This document shows, piece by piece, positions 12,894-25,378 of a DNA stretch of 64,000 nucleotides. Position 1 is the first letter of the stretch; every line of letters starts with the position of its first letter. Source of the stretch: Mobula hypostoma (Eukaryota); the NCBI RefSeq assembly GCF_963921235.1, contig NC_086097.1, forward strand, positions 37,078,001 to 37,142,000. The letters run 5' to 3'. The notes beneath the pieces are model-generated. The model did no database searches. It saw nothing but the letters and a program-made list of their open reading frames with translations, and was not told where the DNA came from. Position numbers and translations under genes: made by a program.

Positions 12894-13759
12894 TGTATAT
12901 AATTTCTAACATCATTTCTTTTCTTTTCCACTGGCATTTCCCTTATTCTCTTCAATACTGCTCAAAAACTCGACTTATTTCTCATTTTTTCCTAGTTCTG
13001 ATGACAACTCACAGATCTGAAACATTGATTCACTATCTTTCCCAAGAGACGATGTCATTTCCACTTTATGCTCACAACACAGAGTTCTAGTTAAATGCCT
13101 AGGCTGAAGACACCTCCATTTGTGCAGTATTCCCTCAGTACTAAACTGAATTTTCAGTCTCAGTTTATTTTGCTGAAGATCTAGGATGTGAACTCACAAT
13201 CTTCGACTTCACAACAAAGTGCTACCAATTGAATCAGAACTGAAGATAGTCATAAATCCTACACCAGATGCAGCAAAACCCAAACAAAACACGCAGCCTG
13301 TCACCCAACCACAACTTCATTTCTGAAATGCCTTAACCCAATCTTACAACTTCCACTGGTCAAAGAATACAAAATATCATCGGATCAGACAGCATCTACG
13401 GAGGGAGAAAATCTGAATTAATGCAGAGTGAAGCCCTAGGATGAAAACTGGTCAGTGCTGATAAATTTGGAATGACTCTATGTGTCTTGGATGGGAAGAA
13501 AAAGACTTCACAGTTTTAAACTAACTCCAGCCCAGAGTTATCAAGGACAAAAACGTAATAAAGATCAAAATCTCAGATTAGTATGTGGTGACATATTCGT
13601 ACTTCGATAATAATGAACTTCGACATATTTTCTCCAAAGTAACTATTTAGGTACAACATTGCTGTATTTTTAGAAGTGCTTAATCAGCCGTATTGCACTT
13701 AAATTAAGGGAGATACGGCACACCAGGACCACTTTGAGTTTCATATTAAACGCACTTAC

Positions 13760-13819
13760 ATCCTGTGGGATTAACTGCTCGTCCAAGCCACCATCACTGT
13801 CACAGCGCTCACTCCCCAT
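13760..13819 (-). CDS. SLC38A6: SLC38A6 (SNAT6) coding exon 1
   Basis: Minus strand reads ATG GGG AGT...CAG GAT|gtaagt, giving MGSERCDSDGGLDEQLIPQD. It is 60 nt with a phase-0 donor that joins exon 2 in frame, and lies in the CpG-rich region head-to-head with TRMT5, as in the known vertebrate arrangement. Confidence 0.78.
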
Positions 13820-13961
13820 TTCACCGAGAGGTTACCGGCGGCCAGGTCCGAGCCTCCCGTCCCGCGGCGACCACGTGACCGAAAACCAGCCCGACGAGCG
13901 ACGTCAACGCGCGCTTTTTGATGACGCTCCGAGGGAATCATGATGCTGCTGGAGATCGGCG
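13820..13961. promoter_or_regulatory. Bidirectional CpG-rich promoter / 5' leaders shared by SLC38A6 and TRMT5
   Basis: 142 bp between divergent start codons, strongly GC/CpG-rich against an AT-rich background. Contains an E-box CACGTG (13872-13877) and CRE-like GACGTCA/TGACG motifs. Confidence 0.8.
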
Positions 13962-13966
13962 ATGAG
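13962..13966 (+). CDS. TRMT5: TRMT5 coding exon 1 (ATG AG)
   Basis: ATGAG|gtgagt is a consensus donor. Phase 2 joins exon 2 (ttag|G TTT) to give M-R-F-L-V... in frame with the catalytic ORF. An in-frame TGA at 13941 excludes an upstream extension. Confidence 0.75.
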
Positions 13967-14619
13967 GTGAGTGACGGGTCGGCTGCTGGTAACTGTTCCC
14001 CCGTGCAGAGACTTTGCACTTACTCCCCCTGATCGAGATCCTGACGGACCTTCACTGGGGAGGGGGAGAATATTCATGGTAGATCGGAGTTGACGTTTAC
14101 TCTGTCCAGATGCAGCGAATCCAGGCAAGGGAGACGGGCCCTGGCAACACTCAGACATCCCTTCTGCTAACTATGGTGGGTGTGTGACTGATGTGAGCAG
14201 TTAATGCCTACCTCTTGTTACCCAGAGGTTTTCTTCCGCTGCCGTTATAACTTCCAAGCTATGGGACACTACGACAGTGGCATCATGATATTCTGTAAGC
14301 AATACACACAGCATGCTTTAGGATTAGATTTTGGGTTTCTCTCTTAAAGCTGCACTGATTCAGACTAAGGGTATATCGTAAACTTCTGTTATCTTACATT
14401 GCAAATGGTGAAGTATGAAGCATCAAGGGCCATTTGTCCTAGTGCAATCAATCAGTCCTGCGATTGAAAACTTAGTGCTGATATGGTTAAAATTCTGGTC
14501 AGTTTGTCTATACCTCCTAAGTAGAAATTCCCTAAAGCATAGGTTTCATTAACACAAAAAAAACTACAAATGATGAAAATCTGAATTTAAAAGGAAAATG
14601 CTGGAAAAGCAATAGACTA

Positions 14620-15297
14620 CCCCAACAGATTCTTAGAGGAAGTATTGGGGTTGTCTGTTGTATGTGGTGTTCCCAATGTGGCCTCCTTTACCTTGATGAG
14701 GCCCGGTGTAAATTGGGGACTGCTTTGTTGAGCACCTGCGTTCCATTCTCCAAAAGTGGAATTTCCTGGTGGCCATCTATCGTAATTCCTGTCCCCATTC
14801 CCATTCCACTGTGACTGTCCGTAGCCTCTTCTGCCACGATAAGGGCACTCTCAGGGTAGAGCAGCATATTCTGTCTAGGTAGCCTCCAACGTGATGAACA
14901 CGGGTTTCTCCTTCCAGTATGTTTTTTTCCCCCTGAACCATTATGGATAATTTCACTCACCTCAACACTAAACTAATTCCACAACCTACTCCATTCTCCT
15001 CTTCTTTCTCCAGTCTGGGCTCTCGCCTCTTCTCACCTGCCACACACCTCCCCAGTGCCCCTCTTTCTTCCTTTTCTCCCATGTGCCACTCTCTTCGGTC
15101 AGGTTCCTTTTTCTCCAGCCCTTTATCTTTCCCACCCACCAGGCTTCATCTATCACCTTCGAGCTTGTCCTCCTTTCCATCCCCCCTCCTCTTTATTCTG
15201 GCCTCTTCCCCTTCCTTTCCAGTCCTGAAGAAGGGCTTAGGACCGAAACATCAATTGTTTATTCATTTCCATACTTGTTGCCTGACCTGCTGAGTTA
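14620..15297 (+). mobile_element. Older Penelope-like 3' fragment
   Basis: Decayed GIY-YIG region followed by a pyrimidine tract and ctgaagaagggcttaggaccgaaac. Confidence 0.75.
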
Positions 15298-15404
15298 GAA
15301 GACAAATTGCAAATACAATAAATAAATAATGTTTAGCACAAAAGTTGTGGATTCCTTGAAAATGTTGTGGAATCAGTTTAGTGTTGAGGTGAGTAAAATT
15401 ATCC

Positions 15405-15950
15405 TGTTAAGATGAAACCACACTCAGGTTGGAGGAACAACACCTTATATTCCGTCTGGGTAGCCTCCAACCTGATGGCATGAACATTGACTTCTCTAAT
15501 TTCTGTTAATGTCCCACCTCCCCTTCATACCCCATCCCTTATTTACTTATTTACTATTTTTTTTCCCTTTTTTTCCTCTTTTTTTCTCCCTCTGTCTGTC
15601 TCACTGTAACTCCTTGCCCATCCTCTGGGCTCCCCTCCCCCTTTCTTTCTCCCTGGCCCTCCCGTCCCATGATCCTCTCTCTTCTCCAGCCTCATATCCC
15701 TTTTGCCAATCAACTTTACAGCTCTTAGCTCCATCCCTCCCCCTCCTGTCTTCTCCTATCATTTTGGACCTCTTCCCCCTCCCCCACCAAATCTCTTACT
15801 ATCTCTTCTTTCAGTTAGTCCTGACGAAGGGTCTCGGCCCGAAACGTCAACTGTACCTCTTCCTATAGATGCTGCCTGGCCTGCTGCGTTCACCAGCATT
15901 TTTTGTGTGTGTTGCTTGAATTTCCAGCATCTGCAGATTTCCTCGTGTTT
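15405..15950 (+). mobile_element. Penelope-like 3' fragment nested in a Rex1-like 3' UTR
   Basis: Closely similar to 12355-12893 (LEEQHLIFRLGSLQPDGMNIDFSNF). Flanked by taaaattatcc / tgaagttatcc, a possible TSD. Confidence 0.88.
15812..15853 (+). ncRNA. Minimal type I hammerhead ribozyme motif, sense to TRMT5 intron 1
   Basis: cagttagtc-CTGACGA-a-ggg tctcgg ccc-GAAA-cg-TC-aactg. Core and stem II are intact; predicted cleavage is after 15848. Confidence 0.72.
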
Positions 15951-16745
15951 GAAGTTATCCATGATGATTCAGGAGCCTGATGGGTGAAGGGTAATAACTG
16001 TTCCTGAAACTGGTGGTGTGGGGCCTAGGGTTCTGGGATCGCTTCCTGATGGCAGCATTGAGAAGAGAGTATGACCTGGATGCTGGGGGTTGGTGGGGGG
16101 GGGGTCTTTGATGATGATTGCTGGTTGGGGGGGGGGGTTGTCTTTGATGATGATTGCTGCTTTCTTGTGGCTCCTTGTGGACGTGCCCAGTGGTTGAAAG
16201 GCCTTTTCCTGTGATAGCTGTGCTGTATCCACTATTTTTTTGTAGGTTTTTCAGTTCATGGGCATTGGTGTTTCCATAACAGATCGTGATGAAACCAGTC
16301 AGAATATTCTCCACTGTGCATCGATAGAACTTTGTCAGAGCTTCAGATGACATGCACAGACTTCTGAGAAGCAGAGGCGCTGCTATGCTTCTTTGTAATG
16401 ACTCTTACGTGCTGGTCCCAGGATAGATCCTCTGAAGGGATAACACCAAGGAATAAAAGGTATTGACCCTCCCCACCTCTGATGCCCTAATGAGAACTGG
16501 TTCACAGACCTCCATTTTCCTCCAACTGTAGTCAATAATCAACTCTTTGGTTTTGCGACATTGAGTGAGAGGCTGTTGTTGTGGCACCATTCGCCAGATT
16601 TTCAATCTCCCTCCTGTATACTGATTCATCACCACCTTTGATTCAGCCAACAAACTTGCATTTGGTCTTGGAGCTGTGCTTGACCTCACAGTCATAAGAA
16701 CAAAGTGAGACAAGCAAGAGGCCAACCACGCAGCCTAGTCGGTGA
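15951..16745 (-). mobile_element. Rex1/Babar-like LINE 3' fragment
   Basis: MSSEALTKFYRCTVENILTG...HPGHTLFSMLPSG...FRNSYYPSPIRLLN and KTKELIIDY on the minus strand. Confidence 0.85.
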
Positions 16746-16969
16746 TGAACAAAAGAAAATGTTTTGGGATTGGAGGCAAAGCATGAGTAAATTTCAAAGG
16801 GCGGGGATGACGTAAGGCAAAATAGGACTGGGACAACTAAAACTAGATGTGCTTGGAGAACCTGTAAATACAACTGTCCACAAAAAAATGGAATCATTGG
16901 TTACGATCTGAAACTAGAATTAGCTTTCCAACAGCATCCTTGATTTCCTCACTTGTGGATCATATTTAG

Positions 16970-18083
16970 TTCAGATTGGCAGTCACATCTCGTCCGCAAT
17001 CTCCATCAGCACAGGTGTGCCACAAGGCTGTGAGCTTAGCCCCCTGTTCTACTCACTTTACATTTATGACGGTGGCTAAGCACGCTTTCAATGCTATATT
17101 TAAGTCTGCTAACGACAATACTGTCGCTGGCTGAATCAAACATGGTGACGAATCAGCATACAGAAGGGAGATTGAAAATCTGGCTGAGTGGTGCCATAAC
17201 AACAACCTCTCACTCAATATCAGCAAGACCAAGGAGATGATTATTGACCTCAGGAGAAGGAAACCAGATGTCCATGAGCCAATCCTGAATGGTGGAGAAG
17301 GTCAGGAACTTTAAATTCCTCAGTGCTATTATTTCCTGGAATCAGCACGTAAGTGCAATTACGAAGAAGGCACGGCGCTGCCTCTACTTCCTCGGAAGTT
17401 TGCAAAGAATTGGCATGACATCTAAAACTTTGACAAACTTCTATAGGTATGTGGTGGAGAGTATATTGACTGGCTGTATCATCAATGCTCTTGAACGGAA
17501 AATCCTGCAAAAAGTAGTGGATACGGCCCAGTACATCATGGGTAAAGCCCTCCCCACCGTTGAGCACAACTGCATGGAGCGCTGTCGCAGAAAAGCAGCA
17601 TCCATCATCAGTGTTCCCCACCACCTGGGTCAGGCTGTCTTCTCACTGTTGCCATCAGGAAGAAGGTACAGGAGCCTCAGGACTCACACCACCAGGTTCA
17701 GAAACAGTTACTTCCCCTCATAGTCGTAGTCATACTTTATTGATCCCGAGGGAAACTGGGATCAAACTCAATCATCAAACTCTTGAACCAGAGGGGATAA
17801 CTTCACTTGCCTCATCACTGAACTGTTTTCACAAAGTGTGGACTCGCTTTCAAGGACGCATCATCTCATGTTCTCAGTATTTATTGCTTATTGATTTTTT
17901 ATTCTTTAGTATTTGTGCAGTTTGTTGTCTTGTGCACTGGTTGTCCGCCTATTGGGTGTGGTCTTTCATTGATTCTATTATGGTTATTGGATTTACTGAT
18001 TATGCCCGCAAGAAAATAAATCTGAGGGTTGTATATAGTGACATATATGTACTTTGATAATAAGTTTACTTTGAAATTTGAAC
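16970..18083 (+). mobile_element. Rex1/Babar-like LINE 3' part
   Basis: G.PQGC.LSP.., KTKEMIIDLR, KKARRCLYFL...LTNFYRYVVESILTGC...LLPSGRRYRSLRTHTTRFRNSYFPS, then a 3' UTR ending tttactttgaaatttgaa. Confidence 0.88.
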
Positions 18084-18809
18084 ATAGCACATTACAGGCT
18101 CTTTAGCCTATGACTTTGTGCTAATCTTTTAACCTACTCCAAGATCAATCTAATGCTTCCCTCCATTTTTCTTTCATCCATGTGACTATCCAAAGGTTCT
18201 CTTAAATGTCCCTAATGTACCTGCCTCTATTACCGTCCATGCTGGGGCGTTTCACACACCCACAACTCTGTGTCAGAAAAGAATCCATCTCTGACATACA
18301 CTCCTCCCCCATACTTTCATCCAATCACCTTAAAATTGTGCCCTCTTGTATCAGCTATTTCCAACCTAGGGCAAACGTGCTGGCTGTTCACTCCACTCTG
18401 TTAATGCCTTTTATCATCTTAAATGGGGGAAATTGTAATTTCTCTAACTGAAAGATAAAATGTTATTTATTGGAAATTTGTATGAAGTGAAAGAAAAATG
18501 GAGCAAAATATTACAATGAGACATGGCAGGAAACTCAGAGCCATGCAAGTGGATAGAATAAGGTACTCACCCAACCTGCAGAGCGGATCTGTGCAAGAGC
18601 AGGAAGCATGGAAAAGAACAAGTCTCATTGCTTGTGAGTTTTAATTTAGAGGATCGAAGTTAGAGGAGAAGGTAGTTAAATGAGGAAGTCGTGTTGCGAG
18701 TGAGTTTTACTTTGGAGGATCATGAGCAAGATCTGTGTGAGCTGAAGGCATTGAAAAGAACAAGTCTCCTTGGTTATGGATTTCACTAGGACTAAGAAAA
18801 AGAAGATAG

Positions 18810-21800
18810 TTTAAGCAGAGTGTCCATTGTGGGTGTGGCCATATTGTGAGGGTATGTGGTGACAGCGGGGAGCTGAGGCTTTGGCGAGAAGTGGCAGAGG
18901 CTAACATGAGTTTCTGGTAAGTTTTATTTTTTTTAAATTTCTTCATTATTGCACAGGTAGAGCAGCAAGAATGGAACCCAGGGCAGCAGTGGTGCTCCTC
19001 CTGCATGATATAGGGTGACCTCCAGTGTCCCTGATGACTACTCCTTCGAGAAGTACATTCAGCTGCAACTCCTTGCAGATTGTGTTAGAAAACTGGATGA
19101 CCTACCGATCACTCAGAAGAATGAGGAGATGATAGATAGGAGCTACAGGAAGGCGGTAACGCTTAAGTTGCAGGAGGCAAGTAGCTGGGTGACTGTTAGG
19201 AGAGGGAAAAACAATAGACACACAATGTAGAGTACACCTGTGGCCATTCCCTCAGTAAAAAGTATACCGCTTTGGATACTGTTGATCGGGGAAAAATACC
19301 AGGAGAAATACCTGAAAGACCAGGTCTCCACCACTGAGTCTGGTTCTGTGGCTCAGAGGAAGGGGGAGAAGAGGAGAGTGATGATGACAGGAGATTCAAT
19401 AGTTAGTGAAACAAAAGAGGAGAATCTGTAGATGTGGAAGAGACTCCTGGATGGTATACTGCCTTGCAGGTGTCAGGGTTGGGGATAGCTCAGATCAAGT
19501 CCACAGCATTCTTAAGGGGCGGGGAGGGCAGCCAGAAGTTGTGGTACGTATTAGTACTAGTATAAGTTCAATGGAACAATACCCTAGCAGGGATGACAGT
19601 GGAACAACAATGGCAGATATTTCTGGGAATAATGCAGAAGGTGCAGGATCAGTTCATTCCAAAGAGGAAGAGAGATCCTAATGGGAGTAAGGGGAGGCCG
19701 TGGCTGACAAGGGAAGTAAAGGACAGTATAAAGGTAAAAGAGAAGAAGTATAACATAGCAAAGATGAGTGGGAAGCCGGAGGATTGGAAAACTTTTAAAG
19801 AGCAACAGAAGGTAACTAAAAATGTAATACGCGGAGAAAAAATGAGGTACGAAGGTAAGCTAGCCAAGAATATAAAGGAGGATAGTAAAAGCTTCTTTAG
19901 GTATGTGAAAAGGAAAAAAATAGTTAAGACCAAAATTGGGCCCTTGAGGACAGAAAAGGGTGAATTTATTATGGGGAACAAGGAAATGGCAGACGTATTG
20001 AACAGGTAGTTTGGATCTGTCTTCACTAGGGAAGACACAAACAATCTCCCAGATATAATAGTGGCCAAAGGACCTAGGGTAATGGATGAACTGAAGGAAA
20101 TTTATATTAGGCAGGAAATGGTGTTGGATAGACTGTTGGGTCTGAAGGCTGATAAGTCCCCGGGACCTGATGGCCTGCATCCCAGGGTACCTAAGGAGGT
20201 GGCTTTAGAAATCGTGGACGCATTGGTAATCATTTTCCAATGTTCTATAGATTCAGGATCAGTTCCTGTGGATTAGAGGGTGGCTAATGTTGTCCCACTT
20301 TTCAAGAAAGGATGGAGAGAGAAAACGGGGAATTATAGACCGGTTAGCCTGACGTCGGTGGTGGGAAAGATGCTGGAGTCAATTATAAAAGATGAAATTA
20401 CGGCACATTTGGATGGCAGTAACAGGATAGGTCCAAGTCAGCATGGATTTACGAAGGGGAAATCGTGCTTGACTAACCTTCTGGAATTTTTTGAAGATGT
20501 AACTATGAAAATGGACAAGGGAGAGGCAGTGGATGTAGTGTACCTGGACTTTCAGAAAGCCTTTTGTAAAGTCTGACATAGGAGATTAGTGGGCAAAATT
20601 AGGGCACATGGTATTGGGGGCAGAGTACTGACATGGATTGAAAATTGGCTGGCTGACAGGAAACAAAGAGTAGCGATTAACAGGTCCCTTTCAGAATGGC
20701 AGGCGGTGACCAGTGGGTACCGCAGGATTCAGTGCTGGGACCGCAGCTGTTTACAATATCCATTAATGATTTAGATGAAGGGATTAAAAGTAACATTAGC
20801 AAATTTGCAGATGACACAAAGCTGGGTGGCAGTGTGAAATGTGAGGAGGATGTTATGAGAGTGCAGGGTGACTTGCACAGGCTGGGTGAGTGGGCGGATG
20901 CATGGCAGATGCAGTTTAATGTGGATAAATGTGAGGTTATCCACTTTGGTAAGAACAGGAATGCAGATTATTATCTAAATGGAGTCAAGTTAGGAAAAGG
21001 GGAAGTACAATGAGATTTAGGTGTTCTTGTACATACATCACTGAAAGCAAGCATGCAGGTACAGCAGGCAGTGAAGAAAGCTAATGGCATGCTGGCCTTC
21101 ATAACAAGGGGAATTGAGTATAGGAGCAAAGAGGTCCTTCTGCAGCTGTACAGGGCCCTGGTGAGACCACACCTGGAGTATTGTGTGCAGTTTTGGTCTC
21201 CAAATTTGAGGAAGGACATACTTGCTATTGAGGGAGTGCAGCGTAGGTTCACAAGGTTAATTCCCAGGATGGGAGGACTGTCATATATTGAAAGATTGGA
21301 GCGACTGGGTTTGTATACACTGGAATTTAAAAGGATGAGAGGGGATCTGATTGAAACATATAAGATTATTAAGGGATTGGACATGCTGGAGGCAGGAAGC
21401 ATGTTCCCGCTGATGGGTGAGTCCAGAACCGGAGGCCACAGTTTAAGAATAAGGGGTAGGCCATTTAGAACGGAGTTGAGGAAAAACTTTCACCCAGAGC
21501 GTGGTGGATATGTGGAATGCTCTGCCCTAGAAGGCAGTGGATGCCAAGTCTCTGGATGTTTTCAAGAAAGAGATGGATAGAGCTCTTAAAGATAGCGGAA
21601 TCAAAGGTTATGGGGATAAGGCAGGAACTGGATACTGATTGTGGGTGATCAGCCATGATCACAGTGAATGGCGATGCTGGCTCGAAGGGCCGAATGGCCT
21701 ACTCCTGCACCTATTGTCTATAACAATAGCCAGGAAAAGGCATGAGGTCCTAAAAAGCAAATACGGGGAGCTCGGAAGGAAGTGAGAAAGCAGATCCTCA

Positions 21801-23360
21801 AAGATAGTAATCTCAGGATTGCTGCCTGTACCACGCACCAGTGCGAGTAAGAATAGAGTGATATGGTAGATGAATGTGTGGCTGAAGAATTGGTGCAAGG
21901 GGCAGGCATTCAGGTTTGTAGATCATTGGGATCTCTTATGGGGAAGGTCTGACCTGTGTATAAAGGATGGGTTACACTTGGACTCAATGTCCTTACAGGA
22001 AGGTTTGCTAGAGCGGTTGAGAAGTGTTTAAACTATGTTGGCAAGGGAATAGGAAGCAGAGTGATGGGGCAGTTGATAAGGTAAAATTGCAGTCACTGGG
22101 ATGGGTATTTTACTGCATTATCAGGAACAAGGGTGGTGAACTTGGAGCACGAGTCAGTACATGGAAATGCAACATTCTGGCTGTTACAGAGTCTTAGTAG
22201 TCACAGGGGGAGGATTGGCTGCTGTTCCAGATTTTAGATGTTTCAAAAGAGACCCGGGGGGTGGGGGTGAAAGATGTATCAGCTGCAGAAAGGGAGGACA
22301 TCGTGGAGGGATCATCTACTTAGTTTGGGTGCAAGTCAGAAACTGGAAGGGAGCAATCACTCATTTGGGAGTAATCTTATAGGCCCACTCAATGGAAACA
22401 GGAACACTGAGGAGCAGATCAGTAGCCAGTATTTGGAATGGTGCAAAAATAACAGGGTTATCATGGGTGACATCAGCTTCACTAATATTGATTGGCACCT
22501 CCTTAGTGCAAGAAGTTTGGATGGGGCTGAATTTGTTCATTTTGTCCAGGAAGGATGCCTGACACACTGAGGCTATGCTGGATCTAGAACTAGGCAATGA
22601 ACTCAGGGTTGTATATGGTGACATATATGTACTTCGATAACAAATTTACTTTGACGGTATTTAATTGGGTGGGGAGAGAGTGAATTATGATGCTGTTAAT
22701 CAGTTGGGAGTGTAAAATGGGAACAAATATTCTCAGGGTAATGTTCTTGGAGATATGAGCATTTGGTGAAGCATATTTTGATTAGTGGTAGAGGTGAGGA
22801 GCAGGCCCTGCCACACAAGCCTGGTTGACTTTTTCAAGGAGATGACTAAACAAATTAATGAAGGTGGAGCAGTAGATGATGTGAATATGGATTTTAGTAA
22901 TGCATACAACCAGTTCCCCATGGTAGGCTCATTCAGAAAGTCAGGAAGCATGAGATCCAGAGAAACTTTGCTGTGTGGATTTGGAATTGGCAGAGAAGAC
23001 TTGGAATTGGAACAGGATTTGGAATTGCCACAGAAGGCAGAGGTGGAGCTTATTTTCCCTGGAGGTTGGTGATTAATGGCATTCTGTGGGGATCTATTCC
23101 TGTACGCCTGCGCTCTTTGTGATTTTTTTTATGAATGTCTTGGAGAAGTGAATGACTGGGTTGGTAAGTTTGCAGATGACACAAAGGTTGGTGGTGTTTT
23201 ATATAGTGTAGAAGGTTGTCATAGGTTACTAATGAGATACCGAGCTGAGCTGAGAAGTGGCAAGCTAAAAAAGTGTAAAATGATACCCTTTGGAAGGTCG
23301 AACTTGATGGCAGAGTACAAAGTTAATAGCAGGAATCTTGTGGAGCACCAGTGTTTAGAA
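18810..23360 (+). mobile_element. Old CR1 LINE (ORF1 and ORF2 remnants) split by a younger CR1
   Basis: ORF1 similar to 5150-6240 up to EVVVRIST at ~19560, resuming at ~21722 (VISGLLPVP...WLKNWCK). APE/RT remnants MGDISFTNIDW and KFADDTKVGG. Confidence 0.8.
19565..21722 (+). mobile_element. Young 5'-truncated CR1 LINE (ORF2 RT)
   Basis: Long ORF pieces KSPGPDGLHPRV, NYRPVSLTS, QHGF, YLDFQKAF, KFADDTKLGG, RPHLEYCVQFW with few disruptions; the 3' tail is intact. Confidence 0.95.
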
Positions 23361-24087
23361 TAATCGTGATGGAGGTATGCTGCCTGTGCTTACTACTGCA
23401 GTCTGTAGATAGCAAGTTGAGAATCCAGTTGCAGAAGCTAATGTTGGCTCCAAGGGTTCAAGTGTGATGGGTTTGGCAGGAGGAAAAGAGAAGGCTTGCA
23501 TTTATATAGAGCTTATCCTGCCTGTTTCAGAATGTCACCTTACAACCATTAATGCACTTCTGAATTATGGCCTTGCATTTAATGTGTGAAAAGCATGCAT
23601 TCACAGACAATAATGTAAAAATCAGGTAATTAGCTTTAAAATTTTGACATCAGGATACAAGGGATAACTCCCTGTTTTTTTTTCCAGTCACGAGCTATCA
23701 GGCGTCCATTTGAAGATAGAAATAATATCTTGAGATCTTTTGACTGTCTCACCATTGAACTCGTTTTAAACTATATTTGTATTCAGAACCTCAGTCAGAG
23801 TCATTGCTGAAACAGCAGAGTGGAAGTGAGGACAAAAGCAATTTTTCTTTTGTCATTTTGGAAAGGAGGGGAAGTAATATCGGAAATAAGCAAGTGGGAA
23901 GGATGTTGTTGAATAAATCAGAGTGTAGGTACATCTTCAGCTAAGGTTAAAGAATGACAGATAGGATGCATTGTTACCAGAAATGAAATCATTTTCACAA
24001 ATATGGCAAAATTGTTGGAAATGTATGGGTCTTTCCAAGAAATGTGGTCGGAACAAGTGTAATTAAAGTAGCCAGAGAAGTGAACTG

Positions 24088-25020
24088 AACACAAGAGATT
24101 CTGCAGATGCTGGAAATCCAGAGCAATACACACAAAATGCTAGAAGAACTCAGCAAGTCAGTCAGCATCTGTGGAACTGAATAAATACTTGACGTTTGAG
24201 GCCGAGAATCCTTCTTCAGGACTAGAAAGGAAGGGGGAAGAAGTCAGAAAAAGGTCGGGGAGAGGAAGGATTACGAGCGAGAAGGTGATCGGTGAAGCCA
24301 GGTGGGTGGGGAGGGGGGATAAAGTAAGAAGCTAGGAAGTGATAGGTGGGAAAGATAAATGGCCAAAGAAGATAGAATCTAATAGGAGAGGAGAGTGGAT
24401 CATGGAAGAAAGGGAAGTAGGAGGGGAACCAGGGAAGGTGATAGCCAGGTAGGGAGAAGAGGTAAGAGGGGTGCCAGAGTGGGAAATTGAAGAAGGGGGA
24501 GGGGGGAAGTTACCAGAAAATGGAGAAATCAATGTTCATACTATCAGGTCAGGTTGGAGGCTACCCAGACGAAATAGGGGGTGTTGCTTCTCCATCCTGA
24601 GAGTGGCCTCATGGTGGCAGAAGAGGAAGACATAGACCGACATGTCGGAATGGGAATAGGGATTGGAATTAAAATGGTTGGCCACTGGGAAATCCTTTTG
24701 GTTGCAGATGGAGTGAAGGTGTTCAACCAAGTGTTCCCCCAATCTACCTTGGGTCTCACCAATATAGAGGAGGCCACATAGAGGGCCCAACGTAAATTAC
24801 CCCAACAGATTCGCAGGTGAAATGTTGCCTCACGTGGAAGGACTGTTTGGGGCACTGAATGAAGGTGAGGAAGGAGGTGAATAGGCAGGTGTAGCACTTC
24901 TTCCGCTTGCAGGGATAAGTACCAGGTGTGAGATTAGTGGGGAGGGGGGCGGTAAAGATGTGTTTAGTGGTAAGATCCCATTGAAGATGGCAGAAGTTGT
25001 GGAGAATGGTGTGCTTAAAT
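24088..25020 (-). mobile_element. Penelope-like 3' fragment
   Basis: Minus ORFs PGTYPCKRKKCYTC...VGVIY and CGLLYIGETQGRLGEHLVEH...LQPD. Terminal repeat with decayed hammerhead at ~24190-24225. Confidence 0.88.
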
Positions 25021-25378
25021 TTGATACGAGTTGATAACCAGCCCCTTGAAATGGATTTAGTCTCAACCTGAAATGTTGACAATTCATTTTCCCCCACAAA
25101 TGAATTATTCCGCAGTTGCACCAGATTCCTGCATCTGCAGTCTTTTGTGTCCCCTCTGAAACAAGTTGAGAATGAGAAGAGTCACAGATGGGATATATGA
25201 ATGGGAGGAAAGGATAGAAATTAGAAGCAGAGTTCATAGAAATTTCTTGTTGGGGCAAGAACAAGAAGTACTACTAATATGGAAAAAAGACAGACAGGGG
25301 AGTGAATTTTAGATTTCCAAAGCAAGCACTTTTGAAGCATCTTTGGAATCAGTGGAACTTCAAGATCTGAGATGCATT

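Noticed and set aside
12458..13090. Several 80-155 aa ORFs on both strands (also near 3150, 15509-15987, 25221-25657, 37758)
   Set aside because: They are incidental frames through the Penelope terminal repeat, not host genes.
13940..13966. ATG ATG CTG CTG... as the TRMT5 start
   Set aside because: It ends in phase 0 at the donor whereas exon 2 needs phase 2, so it is out of frame. It is treated as a uORF instead.
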